Below are positions 17,995 to 28,191 of a DNA stretch of 64,000 bases, one piece after another (position 1 is the stretch's first letter; the number at the start of each line of letters is the position of its first letter). The notes under the pieces were generated by a model. That model saw only the letters and a program-made list of their open reading frames with translations. It was not told the origin of the DNA and made no database searches. The stretch comes from Bacteroidota bacterium. Lineage in GTDB: Bacteria; Bacteroidota; Bacteroidia; Bacteroidales; GCA-2748055. A program made the position numbers and the translations under genes. The stretch lies in the NCBI GenBank assembly GCA_020047715.1, contig JAIFNN010000058.1:30975-94974 (forward strand). Reading direction: 5' to 3'.

Positions 17995-18872
17995 TCCTTT
18001 GCTTTGATTTTTTGAACCAGTATGCCAGCAATTACTAATGCCAAGCCTACAGGAGTTGTCAGATATATCTTTTCTCCTGCAATATAGTGAATTATGAAAA
18101 GGGATAAAAATGGGCTAATGTATATCAGGTTGCTGATCTTATCAGTAGATGTACTTAGCCGGAGAGCCATCATCCAGAATATAAATGCTATTCCCATTTC
18201 GAAAACACCGACATATACTCCTGTGAGCCATGCCGCAGGTCCCGAAGGCAGGCTTTTGCCCGAAAGCAACATCGCAGCCAAAAGAAAAACGAATCCAAAG
18301 GAGAAATTCAGGAACAGCTTCTGCACCTCGTCTCTTTTGTCTTTTAGATTGAGAATCCAAAAAAAAGCCCAGATAACTGAGCTCCCAAGAGCCATTAGAA
18401 CGCCCGGGATTTGTTCCGGACTGAAATTCCCCTTGCCACCCTGAGAGGAAATAAAAAACACGCCGGTAAAACTTATGAAAAGCGCAAAAAGACTACGCAC
18501 CGAAATTTTCTGTTTGAGAATGGGGATCGAAATCAGCACCAGCACTATGGGCCAGATCATGTTAAGGGGCTGCGCTATCTGGCCGGGCAAAATCGAATAG
18601 GCTTTCAGAACGATCAGGTAATAGGCAAAGGGATTGAGGAAGCCCAGAAGTGCTGAAAGAAGATAATCCTTTTTAGTTAGCCTAAGGATGCTTTTAATCT
18701 CTCCCTTAGCAATTAATACTCCCCCGAAAATAAGTAAACTAACAAATGATGCAGTAAGCAGAAGTTGAAAATTATCCTGATACCGCAGCCCGATTTTGAA
18801 TGCCGTGGGTATGGTTGCCCAACATAGAATGGTTAGCCCCGCAAATATATATGCTTTTTGCTGGTTGCTCAT
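17991..18872 (-). CDS. EamA/DMT-family transporter
   Basis: About 10 TM helices in two EamA-like repeats. Overlaps ruvC by 4 nt. Confidence 0.7.
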   Translation of the reverse strand: MSNQQKAYIFAGLTILCWATIPTAFKIGLRYQDNFQLLLTASFVSLLIFGGVLIAKGEIKSILRLTKKDYLLSALLGFLNPFAYYLIVLKAYSILPGQIAQPLNMIWPIVLVLISIPILKQKISVRSLFALFISFTGVFFISSQGGKGNFSPEQIPGVLMALGSSVIWAFFWILNLKDKRDEVQKLFLNFSFGFVFLLAAMLLSGKSLPSGPAAWLTGVYVGVFEMGIAFIFWMMALRLSTSTDKISNLIYISPFLSLFIIHYIAGEKIYLTTPVGLALVIAGILVQKIKAKE

Positions 18873-18883
18873 TCAGCCTCTGC

Positions 18884-20158
18884 TCAGTTAATCATATCGA
18901 AGCCTGTGAAACCGCGCAGGATCTCGGGAATTATAATTCCTTCCGGTGTCTGGTTGTTTTCAAGAAGGGCCGCCACAATTCGGGGCAAGGCAAGGGATGA
19001 TCCGTTGAGGGTGTGTGCAAGGCTGGTTTTTTTGTCGCCTTTATCTTTGAATCGAAGTTTCAAGCGGTTGGCCTGAAACGACTCGAAATTCGACACTGAG
19101 CTAACTTCCAGCCAACGTCCCTGAGCTGCTGCGTATACCTCGAAATCGTAAGTGAGGGCTGAGGTGAAACTCATGTCGCCGCCGCAAAGCCTGATAATGC
19201 GGTAGGGAAGTCCCAGTTTTATTACAAGACTTTCCACATGACTCACCATAACCTCAAGAGCCTCATATGATTTCTCGGGATGGGCAATCTGCACGATCTC
19301 AACCTTATCGAACTGGTGCACCCGGTTCAGTCCTCTGACATCTTTGCCGTAAGAGCCGGCTTCGCGACGGAAGCAGGGGGTATAGGCCGTGTTTTTGCAA
19401 GGTAGCTCGGAAGCATCAAGAATCACATCCCTGTAAATATTGGTTACCGGAACCTCAGCAGTGGGAATCAGGTAGAAATTATCGATCTGGCAATGGTACA
19501 TCTGTCCTTCTTTGTCCGGGAGCTGGCCTGTACCAAAGCCCGAGTCTGCATTTACCATCAGGGGAGGAAGGATTTCGCGGTATCCGGCTTTTACGTTTTC
19601 GTCAAGAAAGAAATTAATAAGTGCTCTTTGCAGTTTGGCACCTTTCCCTTTAAACACAGGGAAACCCGCACCGGTGAGTTTTGTTCCCAGGTCGAAATCG
19701 AGGAAGTCGTATTTTGTTCCCAAATCCCAATGGGGCAGCGCACCCTCGGGCAGGGAGATTTTGATGTCGTTGCCGCGAATGAATTGGTTGTCTTCAGCGG
19801 ATTTACCTTCGGGAACGGATTCGTGGGGGAGGTTTGGAACCAAAACCAACAACTCATTGAGCTTTGCGCTGGCATCTTCGTATTTTTGAGCGAATTCCTT
19901 GCTGCTTTCCTTAAGCATAGCAGTTCGTTCCTTTGCAGCATTGGCTTCAGCAGTTTTGCCGCTCTGAAACAGTTTGCCTATCTCTTTGGCGAGAATATTC
20001 ATTTCAGCCTGTGCGTCGTCGGCTTTTTTCTGGGCTGAGCGCCGCTGATTATCGAAATCAATGATCGAGTCAATGATCGAACTGTCTTTGAAGTTTTTAA
20101 CCTTTAATCGACTTACAACAAAATCCCTGTTTTCGCGGATGAAATTAATGGTGAGCAT
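18884..20158 (-). CDS. serS: Seryl-tRNA synthetase
   Basis: MLTINFIRENRD start, class II motifs FRREAGS and GSSLALPR. I prefer the ATG at 20158 over the upstream start at 20200. Confidence 0.95.
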   Translation of the reverse strand: MLTINFIRENRDFVVSRLKVKNFKDSSIIDSIIDFDNQRRSAQKKADDAQAEMNILAKEIGKLFQSGKTAEANAAKERTAMLKESSKEFAQKYEDASAKLNELLVLVPNLPHESVPEGKSAEDNQFIRGNDIKISLPEGALPHWDLGTKYDFLDFDLGTKLTGAGFPVFKGKGAKLQRALINFFLDENVKAGYREILPPLMVNADSGFGTGQLPDKEGQMYHCQIDNFYLIPTAEVPVTNIYRDVILDASELPCKNTAYTPCFRREAGSYGKDVRGLNRVHQFDKVEIVQIAHPEKSYEALEVMVSHVESLVIKLGLPYRIIRLCGGDMSFTSALTYDFEVYAAAQGRWLEVSSVSNFESFQANRLKLRFKDKGDKKTSLAHTLNGSSLALPRIVAALLENNQTPEGIIIPEILRGFTGFDMIN

Positions 20159-20245
20159 ATCAGAATATATAAAATAGAAAATCTCCTTTAACTGCACCAA
20201 AGGTAACAGTTTGAAGGAGATTTAAAATAGATCTTTATTGATTAT

Positions 20246-20506
20246 TTATTCAGCAGCGGGAAGAACCGACACGAATGATTTGTTGTCTCTTCTCTTTTTA
20301 AACTGAACAATACCTGAAATCAATGCGAAGAGAGTATGGTCTTTGCCAATTCCAACGTTTTTTCCGGCCTGATGAACAGTGCCCCTCTGACGAACAATGA
20401 TGTTGCCGGCAGTTGCTACCTGGCCGCCATATAATTTTACACCAAGTCGTTTGCTTTCTGATTCGCGACCGTTACGTGAACTTCCGGCTCCTTTTTTGTG
20501 TGCCAT
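20246..20506 (-). CDS. rpmA: 50S ribosomal protein L27
   Basis: [24 protein letters not shown]. Confidence 0.95.
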   Translation of the reverse strand: MAHKKGAGSSRNGRESESKRLGVKLYGGQVATAGNIIVRQRGTVHQAGKNVGIGKDHTLFALISGIVQFKKRRDNKSFVSVLPAAE

Positions 20507-20542
20507 TTGTATTCGCTTTTATTTTTTTTAATACTTGTTTTA

Positions 20543-21061
20543 TTATTTAGACTCGTCAGCTTTTTTTGAAGCTGCGGGTTTTTTTGCTGCAGGTTTCTTT
20601 TCTGCAGTGGCTTTTGGAGCTGCAGGTTTTTTAACTGCTGCAACTTTCTTCTCCGGTGCGGCTTTTGCCTCAACAGAAGCATCCTCAGCCTTAATCGCCG
20701 AAACTTTCGGCTCTGAAACTTTCTTCTCTGCTTTTTTGGGTGTGGCACCTGTTTCCACGATGTTCTCAATAAGAATCTGGGTCAGATACTGTCTGTGACC
20801 GTTTTTAACCCTGTATCCTTTTCTTCTTTTCTTCTTGAAAACAATTACTTTATCGCCTTTCAGATGCTCAAGTATTTTTGCGGAAACCATGGCGCCTTCG
20901 ATAACCGGAGCCCCAACGCTAACGCTGCTGTCGTTATCAATAAGAAGCACTTTCTCGAAATCAACCTGATTGCCTACTTCACCTTCAAGCCTGTGGACAA
21001 ATATCTTTTGGTCTTTCTTAACCTTAAACTGCTGTCCTGCTATGTCAACAATTGCGTACAT
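20543..21061 (-). CDS. rplU: 50S ribosomal protein L21 with a ~70-aa Lys/Ala/Pro-rich C-terminal extension
   Basis: [14 protein letters not shown]... is the L21 core (~100 aa), followed by [11 protein letters not shown]...[34 protein letters not shown]. Confidence 0.9.
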   Translation of the reverse strand: MYAIVDIAGQQFKVKKDQKIFVHRLEGEVGNQVDFEKVLLIDNDSSVSVGAPVIEGAMVSAKILEHLKGDKVIVFKKKRRKGYRVKNGHRQYLTQILIENIVETGATPKKAEKKVSEPKVSAIKAEDASVEAKAAPEKKVAAVKKPAAPKATAEKKPAAKKPAASKKADESK

Positions 21062-21098
21062 TATTACGTGTTTTACTTAAATTCATGAAAATGGAGTG

Positions 21099-21106
21099 CA
21101 AAAATA
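21099..21106 (-). promoter_or_regulatory. Bacteroidota-type -7 box upstream of rplU-rpmA
   Basis: The reverse complement reads TATTTTTG, about 38 nt upstream of the rplU ATG. Confidence 0.4.
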
Positions 21107-21422
21107 TGAAAGTTAAATGGATTAGCAAATATTTCCGGCTATTATTTTATATGTGGGATAATTATTTCGAATACAGTAAGCTATGAGAATGGATGCAGGC
21201 TTGCGAATATGAAGGAAACAGGAAACTCTGTTTTTGCTTTTTTCCTTTTCTCAAGAAGATACTGAATGGGAAATGAAGGGCGTGATTGTATCCTTTTTGT
21301 CTGCTCTTTCATTTTTTAGCTTGCGATTGAGGTCGGATTATTGTAATTTTCTGAGGTGAAGAAACAAAAAATTATGTTTCCGCAGTAAAAATTCCGAAAC
21401 CTCAAAGTTTGAACAAAAACAT

Positions 21423-21430
21423 TATATTTG
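21423..21430 (+). promoter_or_regulatory. Bacteroidota-type -7 box upstream of the bifunctional nuclease gene
   Basis: TATATTTG lies 42 nt upstream of the ATG at 21472. Confidence 0.4.
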
Positions 21431-21471
21431 TGTGATTTGGAAAAGTACTGATCAAGTTGCTATAATCAGGT

Positions 21472-22080
21472 ATGGTAAAGTTAAATGTTCTAGGTATTTC
21501 CTATAGCCAGACTCAGTCGGGCGCTTACGCTTTGATCCTTACGGAGGAAAACGGAGAAAGGCGTATTCCCATTATTGTAGGTGGGTTTGAAGCACAGTCC
21601 ATTGCAATTGAGCTCGAGGGCTTAAAACCTCCGCGTCCCCTTACGCATGACCTATTTATGAACTTCGCAAAAGTTTTTGGGATTGCTATTAACGAAGTAG
21701 TTATATATAAGCTCGAGGAAGGTGTTTTCTACTCACAGCTTCAGTGCGACAATGGAATCGATAACATAACCCTTGATGCCCGCACATCTGATGCCATAGC
21801 CTTAGCCCTTCGTTTTAAGTGCCCTATTTATACAACCGAAGAAATTATTGCCAAGGCCGGAATCGTACTTGATTTCGACAAGGAGATTCCCGGCCAGCCT
21901 GCTGCTTCAGGTGAAACTGAAAAGATTAAAAGCCCTGCTCCTGTCAGCTATCCTTCAAGCGAGTTTAAAGCTTATTCCCTCGAAGAGCTAAATGAGATTT
22001 TAGACGAGGCCATCGGCAACGAGGATTATGAAAGAGCTTCAAAAATCCGAGATGAAATTAACCTTAGAAAAAAGATATAA
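21472..22080 (+). CDS. Bifunctional nuclease (BFN/DUF151) domain protein with a C-terminal UVR motif
   Basis: RRIPIIVGGFEAQSIAIELEG...RPLTHDL is BFN-like. The C-terminal LDEAIGNEDYERASKIRDEI is a UvrB/C-type motif. Confidence 0.7.
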   Translation: MVKLNVLGISYSQTQSGAYALILTEENGERRIPIIVGGFEAQSIAIELEGLKPPRPLTHDLFMNFAKVFGIAINEVVIYKLEEGVFYSQLQCDNGIDNITLDARTSDAIALALRFKCPIYTTEEIIAKAGIVLDFDKEIPGQPAASGETEKIKSPAPVSYPSSEFKAYSLEELNEILDEAIGNEDYERASKIRDEINLRKKI

Positions 22081-22089
22081 TACTTATCC

Positions 22090-23604
22090 ATGATAATTCT
22101 CCGAAAAATCCCCGTCCTAATCTTTTTCATCCTCCTTATTTTAGATTTTACTACCCTCACCGCATCTGCACAGAATGATTCGATAAGCCTTGATCAAACA
22201 ATCCAATCAACCGGGATTGTTGCCCCGGTAAACACTGAATTATCTCAGGCAACCACTGAAGAGGTTTCCAAAGCCGGGCTGATTCCCACCAAGAACATCT
22301 ACAAATTTAACTTTATAACTTTGATCCGCGGACTCATAGGAATGTTGGTGCTAATCGCGATTGCCTATCTTTTCAGCGTCAACCGAAAGGCTATTTCGTG
22401 GAAAATTGTCGGATACGGTTTACTCATGCAGGTTGCACTTGCCATTGGGGTTTTGCAGGTACCTTTTATACAGGGTACTTTTGAGTTTGTTGGCCGCCTG
22501 TTTGTCAAAGTTCTCGACTTTACAAATGAAGGTACAAAGTTCCTTTTTAGTTCCTATTCATCAGGGGTTATAGAAGCACCGCTGCAAACTTTCGCCATAA
22601 ACATATTGCCAACAATAATATTTTTCTCGGCACTTACCTCCGTCCTGTTTTATTTCGGGATTATTCAAAAGTTGGTTTGGCTACTGGCCTGGGTAATGAC
22701 CCGGATTCTTAAACTGTCCGGGGCCGAAAGCCTTTCGGTCGCAGGGAACATTTTTCTGGGACAGACTGAATCCCCACTTATGATCAAAGCCTACCTCGAA
22801 AAAATGAACAAGTCCGAGATGCTGCTTGTCATGTCGGGTGGTATGGCCACACTTGCAGGAGGTGTTTTGGCTGTTTATATTAATTTTCTCGGGGGAGATG
22901 ACCCGGTTCAGAAGTTGCTCTTTGCGAAACATTTACTGGCTGCTTCGGTTATGGCCGCCCCGGGTGTTGTCGTAATCTCCAAAATTCTGGTTCCTCAAAC
23001 CGAGGACATTAGTCAGGAACTGAAAATTTCTCCAGATAAAATCGGTAAAAACGTACTTGACGCAATTAATAATGGTACTTACGAAGGCCTTAAATTAGCA
23101 GTCAATGTAGCCGCCATGCTTTTGGTTTTTATAGCGTTTCTGGCCATGATTAACTTTACTTTTATAAAAATCGGTAATTGGACTGATCTCAATGACTGGA
23201 TTTATAGATTCAGCGACGGCCGTTACAGTGAGTTGTCACTGCAGTTTATCCTTGGATATTCAATTTCCCCGTTGATGTGGTTAATCGGGGTTAATATCCA
23301 CGATATTACTTTGGTTGGATCTTTGCTTGGCGAAAAACTTATCATGACGGAGTTCGTGGGATATATCAGCCTGGCTCAGCTCAAAGCTTCCGGAGCATTC
23401 ACCGATCCCAAGTCTATAATAATGGCTACCTATATGCTTTGTGGCTTTGCAAATTTCGCCTCCATTGGAATTCAAATTGGGGGAATCGGAGCCTTGGCGC
23501 CCGGAAAAAGAGTTTTGCTGGCGAAATACGGCATGAGGGCACTTCTCGCCGGAACATTGGCTTCCCTGCTTTCCGCTACAATTGTTGGTGTTATTTTGTC
23601 GTAA
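22090..23604 (+). CDS. NupC/CNT-family nucleoside transporter
   Basis: GTKFLF, GQTESPL and FANFASIGIQIGG motifs of concentrative nucleoside transporters. Signal-like N-terminal extension. Confidence 0.85.
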   Translation: MIILRKIPVLIFFILLILDFTTLTASAQNDSISLDQTIQSTGIVAPVNTELSQATTEEVSKAGLIPTKNIYKFNFITLIRGLIGMLVLIAIAYLFSVNRKAISWKIVGYGLLMQVALAIGVLQVPFIQGTFEFVGRLFVKVLDFTNEGTKFLFSSYSSGVIEAPLQTFAINILPTIIFFSALTSVLFYFGIIQKLVWLLAWVMTRILKLSGAESLSVAGNIFLGQTESPLMIKAYLEKMNKSEMLLVMSGGMATLAGGVLAVYINFLGGDDPVQKLLFAKHLLAASVMAAPGVVVISKILVPQTEDISQELKISPDKIGKNVLDAINNGTYEGLKLAVNVAAMLLVFIAFLAMINFTFIKIGNWTDLNDWIYRFSDGRYSELSLQFILGYSISPLMWLIGVNIHDITLVGSLLGEKLIMTEFVGYISLAQLKASGAFTDPKSIIMATYMLCGFANFASIGIQIGGIGALAPGKRVLLAKYGMRALLAGTLASLLSATIVGVILS

Positions 23605-23620
23605 ACAGAAAGGCTTTGAG

Positions 23621-26600
23621 ATGTTGGATAAGGCTATACATAAGGGAGAAGCAGACTGCGACTCAAGCAGTGGAATTTCCAGCGAGGAAATTATCCGGAA
23701 AATAAGTGACTGCGAACAGGAAATTATCCGGCTCAAAAGCATCCTGAAAGTAAAAAGCGATTCGCTACACCTTACAGCAAATATTTCAGACGCCAATCAA
23801 GGCTTTAGCTATGAGGATCTTGAAAAAATCTTCTCCGACTCGAAATATCACCAGACTTTTTTCAACAAGATTCCCTTTATGATCTGGGCAAAAGACCTTA
23901 ATGGGGTATTCCTTTCGGCTAACCAAAGTTTCAGCAACTCTTTTGGAAAAACGCCCGAGGAAGTCATCGGACGAAATGATTTTGATTTTTTCCCTGCTGT
24001 TTTTGCCGAAAAGTACCGAGCCGACGATCTCCTGGTTGTTAATACAGGATCGCAGGGTACATTCGAGGAACTAATCCCTTTTACCGATGGATTCAGATGG
24101 CATGAGACTTTAAAAATCCCAATAAGCGGAAAGGATGGAAATGTTATCGGAACCGCCGGGCTTGCCAGGGATATTTCCAAAAGGAAGAATTACGAGCTGG
24201 CTATCAAGGAGAGCGAGGCAAAGTTCAGGGAACTGGCAGAAAGCACAAGCGACTCATTTGTTATCAGGAGTGGCGACAAAATACTATATGCCAATCCCGC
24301 ATTCGAGCAAATTTATGGAATTGCTCGAGAAGATTTGTACAAAAATCCGGATGTGTATCTCGAGTGGATTCACCCTGAAGACAAAACGCGAATTGAGAAA
24401 ATCATGCGTTCCGGCAAACGAAAATCGGATTACACCTTCAACGAGCAGTACAGAATAATGCTTCCTGATGATTCTGTAAACTGGATTTGGCACCGGTCGT
24501 ACCCCGTTTGGAACGAAAAGGGCGAAGTGTATCGCATCGTTTCTGTTAGCAGCAATATTACTGGAATAAAAGTTCTGGAAGACAAGGTCCAAAAGTTCCA
24601 GTCGCAGCAGCAAGCCATTCTCGACAATATTCCCCACCTGGCATGGATAAAAGATATGGATGGTAAATATCTGATGGTCAATGAGGCTTTTTGCCGGTTC
24701 TTCTCCTGGAAAGTTGAGGAAATTATCGGAAAGACTGACTTTGACCTCTGTCCGCCCCAGCTTGCAGAAGATTATGTGCGTAAAGACAAAGAGGTCTGTG
24801 TTGAAAGAAAGGCCCTTCGTTTTTTGGAAATCGAGGAAAACCGGTTTGGGAAACGCTATTCGGAAACCCACAAAACACCTGTGATAAATGAGTCGGGCGA
24901 AGTAATCGGCATCGCTGGTATCTCAAGGGATATCACCGATCAGAAAATTGCTGAACAGGCTCTTCTTAAAAGCGAAGAAAAGTTCAAAGATCTTATTACC
25001 CTTTTGCCTGAAATGGTTTTTGAAACCAACAGCAGCGGCAAAATTACTTTTGCCAATTTTAGAACCTATGAGCGCTTTGGATACACTCAGGATGATTTTG
25101 ACAAGGGGATTTCAATCTATGATCTGGTCTCTTCGGCTGATTTTGTCAGAGTGCAATCGGCAATATTAAATACACAACAGGGTGCAGAACTTAAGGCTGC
25201 TGAATATTTACTTGTTACCAAAAGCGGTTTTGAGTTTCCTGCTTTGGTGTACACCAATAATATGTACAACAATGGTAAGTGGTCCGGCCTGCGTGGGGTT
25301 ATGGTTGATATTACCAATAGAAAACAATCGGAGGAAAAGGAAAAGGTATATCAGGAAAAACTGCGGTTTCTCAGCAATACAGCACTCGACTTTCTGAGTC
25401 TTATGCAGAATGAAAATATCTATACCTATGCAGGTCTTAAACTAAAGGAGTTTATTCAGGAAGGCTATGTGCTGGTGTCGAGCTTTAATGAAGCGGAACA
25501 AACTATCGAAGTTGTCTATTTTTCTGGCAGCAAGGAAATTAAGGATCAACTAGAAAGAGAAACCGGAATTGCAATTGACACCTGTAAGCTTAAAATTCCT
25601 CCTGAGGCTGTTGATGCGCTAATTCAGAATTCCGAGCAACTCCTTGACTTTACCGACGGGGTACATGAACTTTCTTTTAAAAGCATTCCGCGGCCTCTCT
25701 GTCGCGCAGCAGAGCGAATCCTTCAAACCAGAAAGATTTACGGGCTTTCACTTCTCCGTGGCGGAAAACTATACGGAAGTATTGAAATCCTTACCAGTCA
25801 GGAAGATCTTGACGACAAGCCGCTAATTGAGACCTTTATTTATCAGGCATCTATCGCCCTTCACAGGCGTCAATTGGAACAGGAACTTATTGGCGCGAAA
25901 ATCAAGGCTGAAGAGTCTGATAAACTGAAAACAGCTTTTCTCGCCAACATGTCGCACGAAATCCGCACCCCGATGAACGGGATTATTGGCATAAGTCAGC
26001 TCTTGTCGCGCCAGGCTCTTCCGGAAAAGGAGCGCAATGAGTATCTGGCCATGATCAATGCCAATGGGAATATACTCATGAACCTGGTGAACGACATCAT
26101 CGATATTTCGAAAATCGAGTCCAATCAGGTTGACGTTTATGAAACAGTTTTCTCACTGAACAAATTGTTCAATGAATTACATTGTTTCATGCTGGGCGAG
26201 AAAATGACAAAGAAGAAGAATGCCGTCGAACTTGTTATGAGCCTTGAAAAAAGCGATTCCGATTCATTTATCAAAGCCGACAGACAAAAGTTGCACCAGG
26301 TACTATCAAACCTTATTGGCAACGCCATTAAATTCACTCTTGCAGGTGTGGTCGAGTTCGGATATTTAATTAATAGCCAGCAGCAAGTTGAGTTTTTCAT
26401 TAAGGATACCGGGATCGGGGTTCCGGACGATAAAATAGACCTAATCTTTAATCGCTTTACTCAGGCCGACCAGTCACTTACCCGGCCTTTTGGCGGATCG
26501 GGCCTGGGCCTTGCCATTTCGAAGGGATTTGTTGAAATCATGAACGGAAGAATCTGGGTGGAACAGGTAAGCAGTGGCGGTTCTTGCTTCCGTTTTCAAA

Positions 26601-27046
26601 TACCGTATAAGCCCGATATTCCTGAGGTCAAGCCTGAAATCAAACCCAGACTGAATCCCGATGATTACAATTGGGAAAAGCACACGATTTTGATTGTTGA
26701 AGACAATTATATGAGCTTTAGGTTGTTGCAAGCGCAACTCAAGAAAAGCATGGTTAATATTCTTCACGCGGACAATGGGCAGAAATCGATCGACATGGTC
26801 GGTGCTCACCCGGAGATTGATCTGGTTTTAATGGATATTCAGCTGCCATTAATGAATGGGTATGAAGCCACCCGGGAAATCAAGCTGATCCGCCCTGACC
26901 TGCCCGTAATTGCCCAAACTGCAAATGCTTTGGACGACGACCGGCTTAAATGCCTCAATTCGGGCTGCAGCGATTATATTACGAAACCTATTGTTTTTGA
27001 ATCATTTCTCCGCCTTATCAACGATTATATCCGCGACAAAAACTGA
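23621..27046 (+). CDS. Soluble multi-PAS hybrid sensor histidine kinase / response regulator
   Basis: Several PAS/PAC repeats (e.g. RWHETLKIPI, NWIWHRSYPVWNEKGEV, RYSETHKTPVINESGEV). HisKA H-box ANMSHEIRTPMNG, HATPase DTGIGV/GGSGLGLAI, and a C-terminal REC domain (LMDIQLPLMNG). No TM helix seen. ATG at 23621 preferred over TTG at 23582. Confidence 0.85.
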   Translation: MLDKAIHKGEADCDSSSGISSEEIIRKISDCEQEIIRLKSILKVKSDSLHLTANISDANQGFSYEDLEKIFSDSKYHQTFFNKIPFMIWAKDLNGVFLSANQSFSNSFGKTPEEVIGRNDFDFFPAVFAEKYRADDLLVVNTGSQGTFEELIPFTDGFRWHETLKIPISGKDGNVIGTAGLARDISKRKNYELAIKESEAKFRELAESTSDSFVIRSGDKILYANPAFEQIYGIAREDLYKNPDVYLEWIHPEDKTRIEKIMRSGKRKSDYTFNEQYRIMLPDDSVNWIWHRSYPVWNEKGEVYRIVSVSSNITGIKVLEDKVQKFQSQQQAILDNIPHLAWIKDMDGKYLMVNEAFCRFFSWKVEEIIGKTDFDLCPPQLAEDYVRKDKEVCVERKALRFLEIEENRFGKRYSETHKTPVINESGEVIGIAGISRDITDQKIAEQALLKSEEKFKDLITLLPEMVFETNSSGKITFANFRTYERFGYTQDDFDKGISIYDLVSSADFVRVQSAILNTQQGAELKAAEYLLVTKSGFEFPALVYTNNMYNNGKWSGLRGVMVDITNRKQSEEKEKVYQEKLRFLSNTALDFLSLMQNENIYTYAGLKLKEFIQEGYVLVSSFNEAEQTIEVVYFSGSKEIKDQLERETGIAIDTCKLKIPPEAVDALIQNSEQLLDFTDGVHELSFKSIPRPLCRAAERILQTRKIYGLSLLRGGKLYGSIEILTSQEDLDDKPLIETFIYQASIALHRRQLEQELIGAKIKAEESDKLKTAFLANMSHEIRTPMNGIIGISQLLSRQALPEKERNEYLAMINANGNILMNLVNDIIDISKIESNQVDVYETVFSLNKLFNELHCFMLGEKMTKKKNAVELVMSLEKSDSDSFIKADRQKLHQVLSNLIGNAIKFTLAGVVEFGYLINSQQQVEFFIKDTGIGVPDDKIDLIFNRFTQADQSLTRPFGGSGLGLAISKGFVEIMNGRIWVEQVSSGGSCFRFQIPYKPDIPEVKPEIKPRLNPDDYNWEKHTILIVEDNYMSFRLLQAQLKKSMVNILHADNGQKSIDMVGAHPEIDLVLMDIQLPLMNGYEATREIKLIRPDLPVIAQTANALDDDRLKCLNSGCSDYITKPIVFESFLRLINDYIRDKN

Positions 27047-27060
27047 TTCATTGTTATCCA

Positions 27061-28191
27061 ATGATTGCAATTCTGATTTTTTCATTCTGCATAAGTTTGG
27101 CATATGTTGTTCTAATTGCCAGGTTTCTTTCGGGCTGGAATTCGATTCCTGAATTTCAAACCCAAGAAGAAACTTTTGATGTAACCGTCAGCCTAATAGT
27201 TGCATTTCGGAATGAGGAAAAAAATCTGCCGCAGCTGTTCGGGGCCCTGCAGGCGCAATCCTATCCCTCTTCATACATTGAAATCCTATTGGTCGACGAT
27301 CACTCGGATGATCGGTCGGCCCTGCTGGCTCAACAATACAGCAATTCGGTTTCCAATGCAAGGCTTATCAGAATGGAAAGTCATGTGACAGGAAAAAAGA
27401 AGGCCCTGTGGATTGCTGCCCTTGAGGCCAAGGGAAAACTACTGATCTTCACCGATGCCGATGCGCTTCCTGGTGAAAATTGGATCAAATCTATTGTATC
27501 CTGCTACCGACAAACCAAAGCTGTGCTTATCGCCTCTCCGGTGGTTGTTAAACCTGCCGGAGACTTTTTTACGGGTTTTCAATCTCTTGAATTTCTAAGC
27601 CTCATTGGAAGCACTGCCGGTTCCTTCGGTATTCACGATCCGGTTATGGTAAACGGAGCAAACTTGACGGTTGACAGGATCGCCTATCTTGAAAATCTCG
27701 ATTTCCTCCAGAATGAAATCGCTTCGGGGGATGATGTCTTTATGCTTCTTAACCTTAAGAAGAAACATCCCCGGAAACTCGTATTTTTAAAATCCTTTGA
27801 AGCCATCGTAAGCATTAGTCCGGCGTCCGGATTTTCTGATTTTTTGCAGCAAAGATTGCGGTGGGCTTCAAAATCAAGGTATTATAAGGACAGAACCCTG
27901 GTTCTGACTTCGGTGATAGTGTTGCTCATAAACCTTTGGCTACTGAATTGCTTTGTGATGTCATTTTTTGAACTTCCTTTTGTTTTTATCGGGGGAGGGG
28001 TGTTTCTGGCGAAAACCATAATCGATTTTATCTTCATGAGGAAGGTCCTGATGTTTTTTCGGATGGAACGCTTGATGAAGTATTTTGTTTTATCGCAATT
28101 TCTTTATTTTCTTTATATCTCATTCACCGGATTGGCTGGGAATTTCCTTCCTTACAAGTGGAAGGGGCGAACCGTAAAACAAATCATTTGA
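27061..28191 (+). CDS. Membrane glycosyltransferase family 2 with the processive-type D,D,D,QxxRW signature
   Basis: LVDDHSDD, FTDADA, SGDDVF and QQRLRW motifs. One N-terminal and several C-terminal TM helices. Confidence 0.8.
   Translation: MIAILIFSFCISLAYVVLIARFLSGWNSIPEFQTQEETFDVTVSLIVAFRNEEKNLPQLFGALQAQSYPSSYIEILLVDDHSDDRSALLAQQYSNSVSNARLIRMESHVTGKKKALWIAALEAKGKLLIFTDADALPGENWIKSIVSCYRQTKAVLIASPVVVKPAGDFFTGFQSLEFLSLIGSTAGSFGIHDPVMVNGANLTVDRIAYLENLDFLQNEIASGDDVFMLLNLKKKHPRKLVFLKSFEAIVSISPASGFSDFLQQRLRWASKSRYYKDRTLVLTSVIVLLINLWLLNCFVMSFFELPFVFIGGGVFLAKTIIDFIFMRKVLMFFRMERLMKYFVLSQFLYFLYISFTGLAGNFLPYKWKGRTVKQII

Noticed and set aside
20437-20798. 110-aa (minus strand, other frame) and 87-aa (plus strand) ORFs over the 3' end of rplU
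   Set aside because: They are artefacts of the low-complexity GCN/AAR repeat DNA that encodes the L21 Lys/Ala tail. The translations are homopolymer-like.
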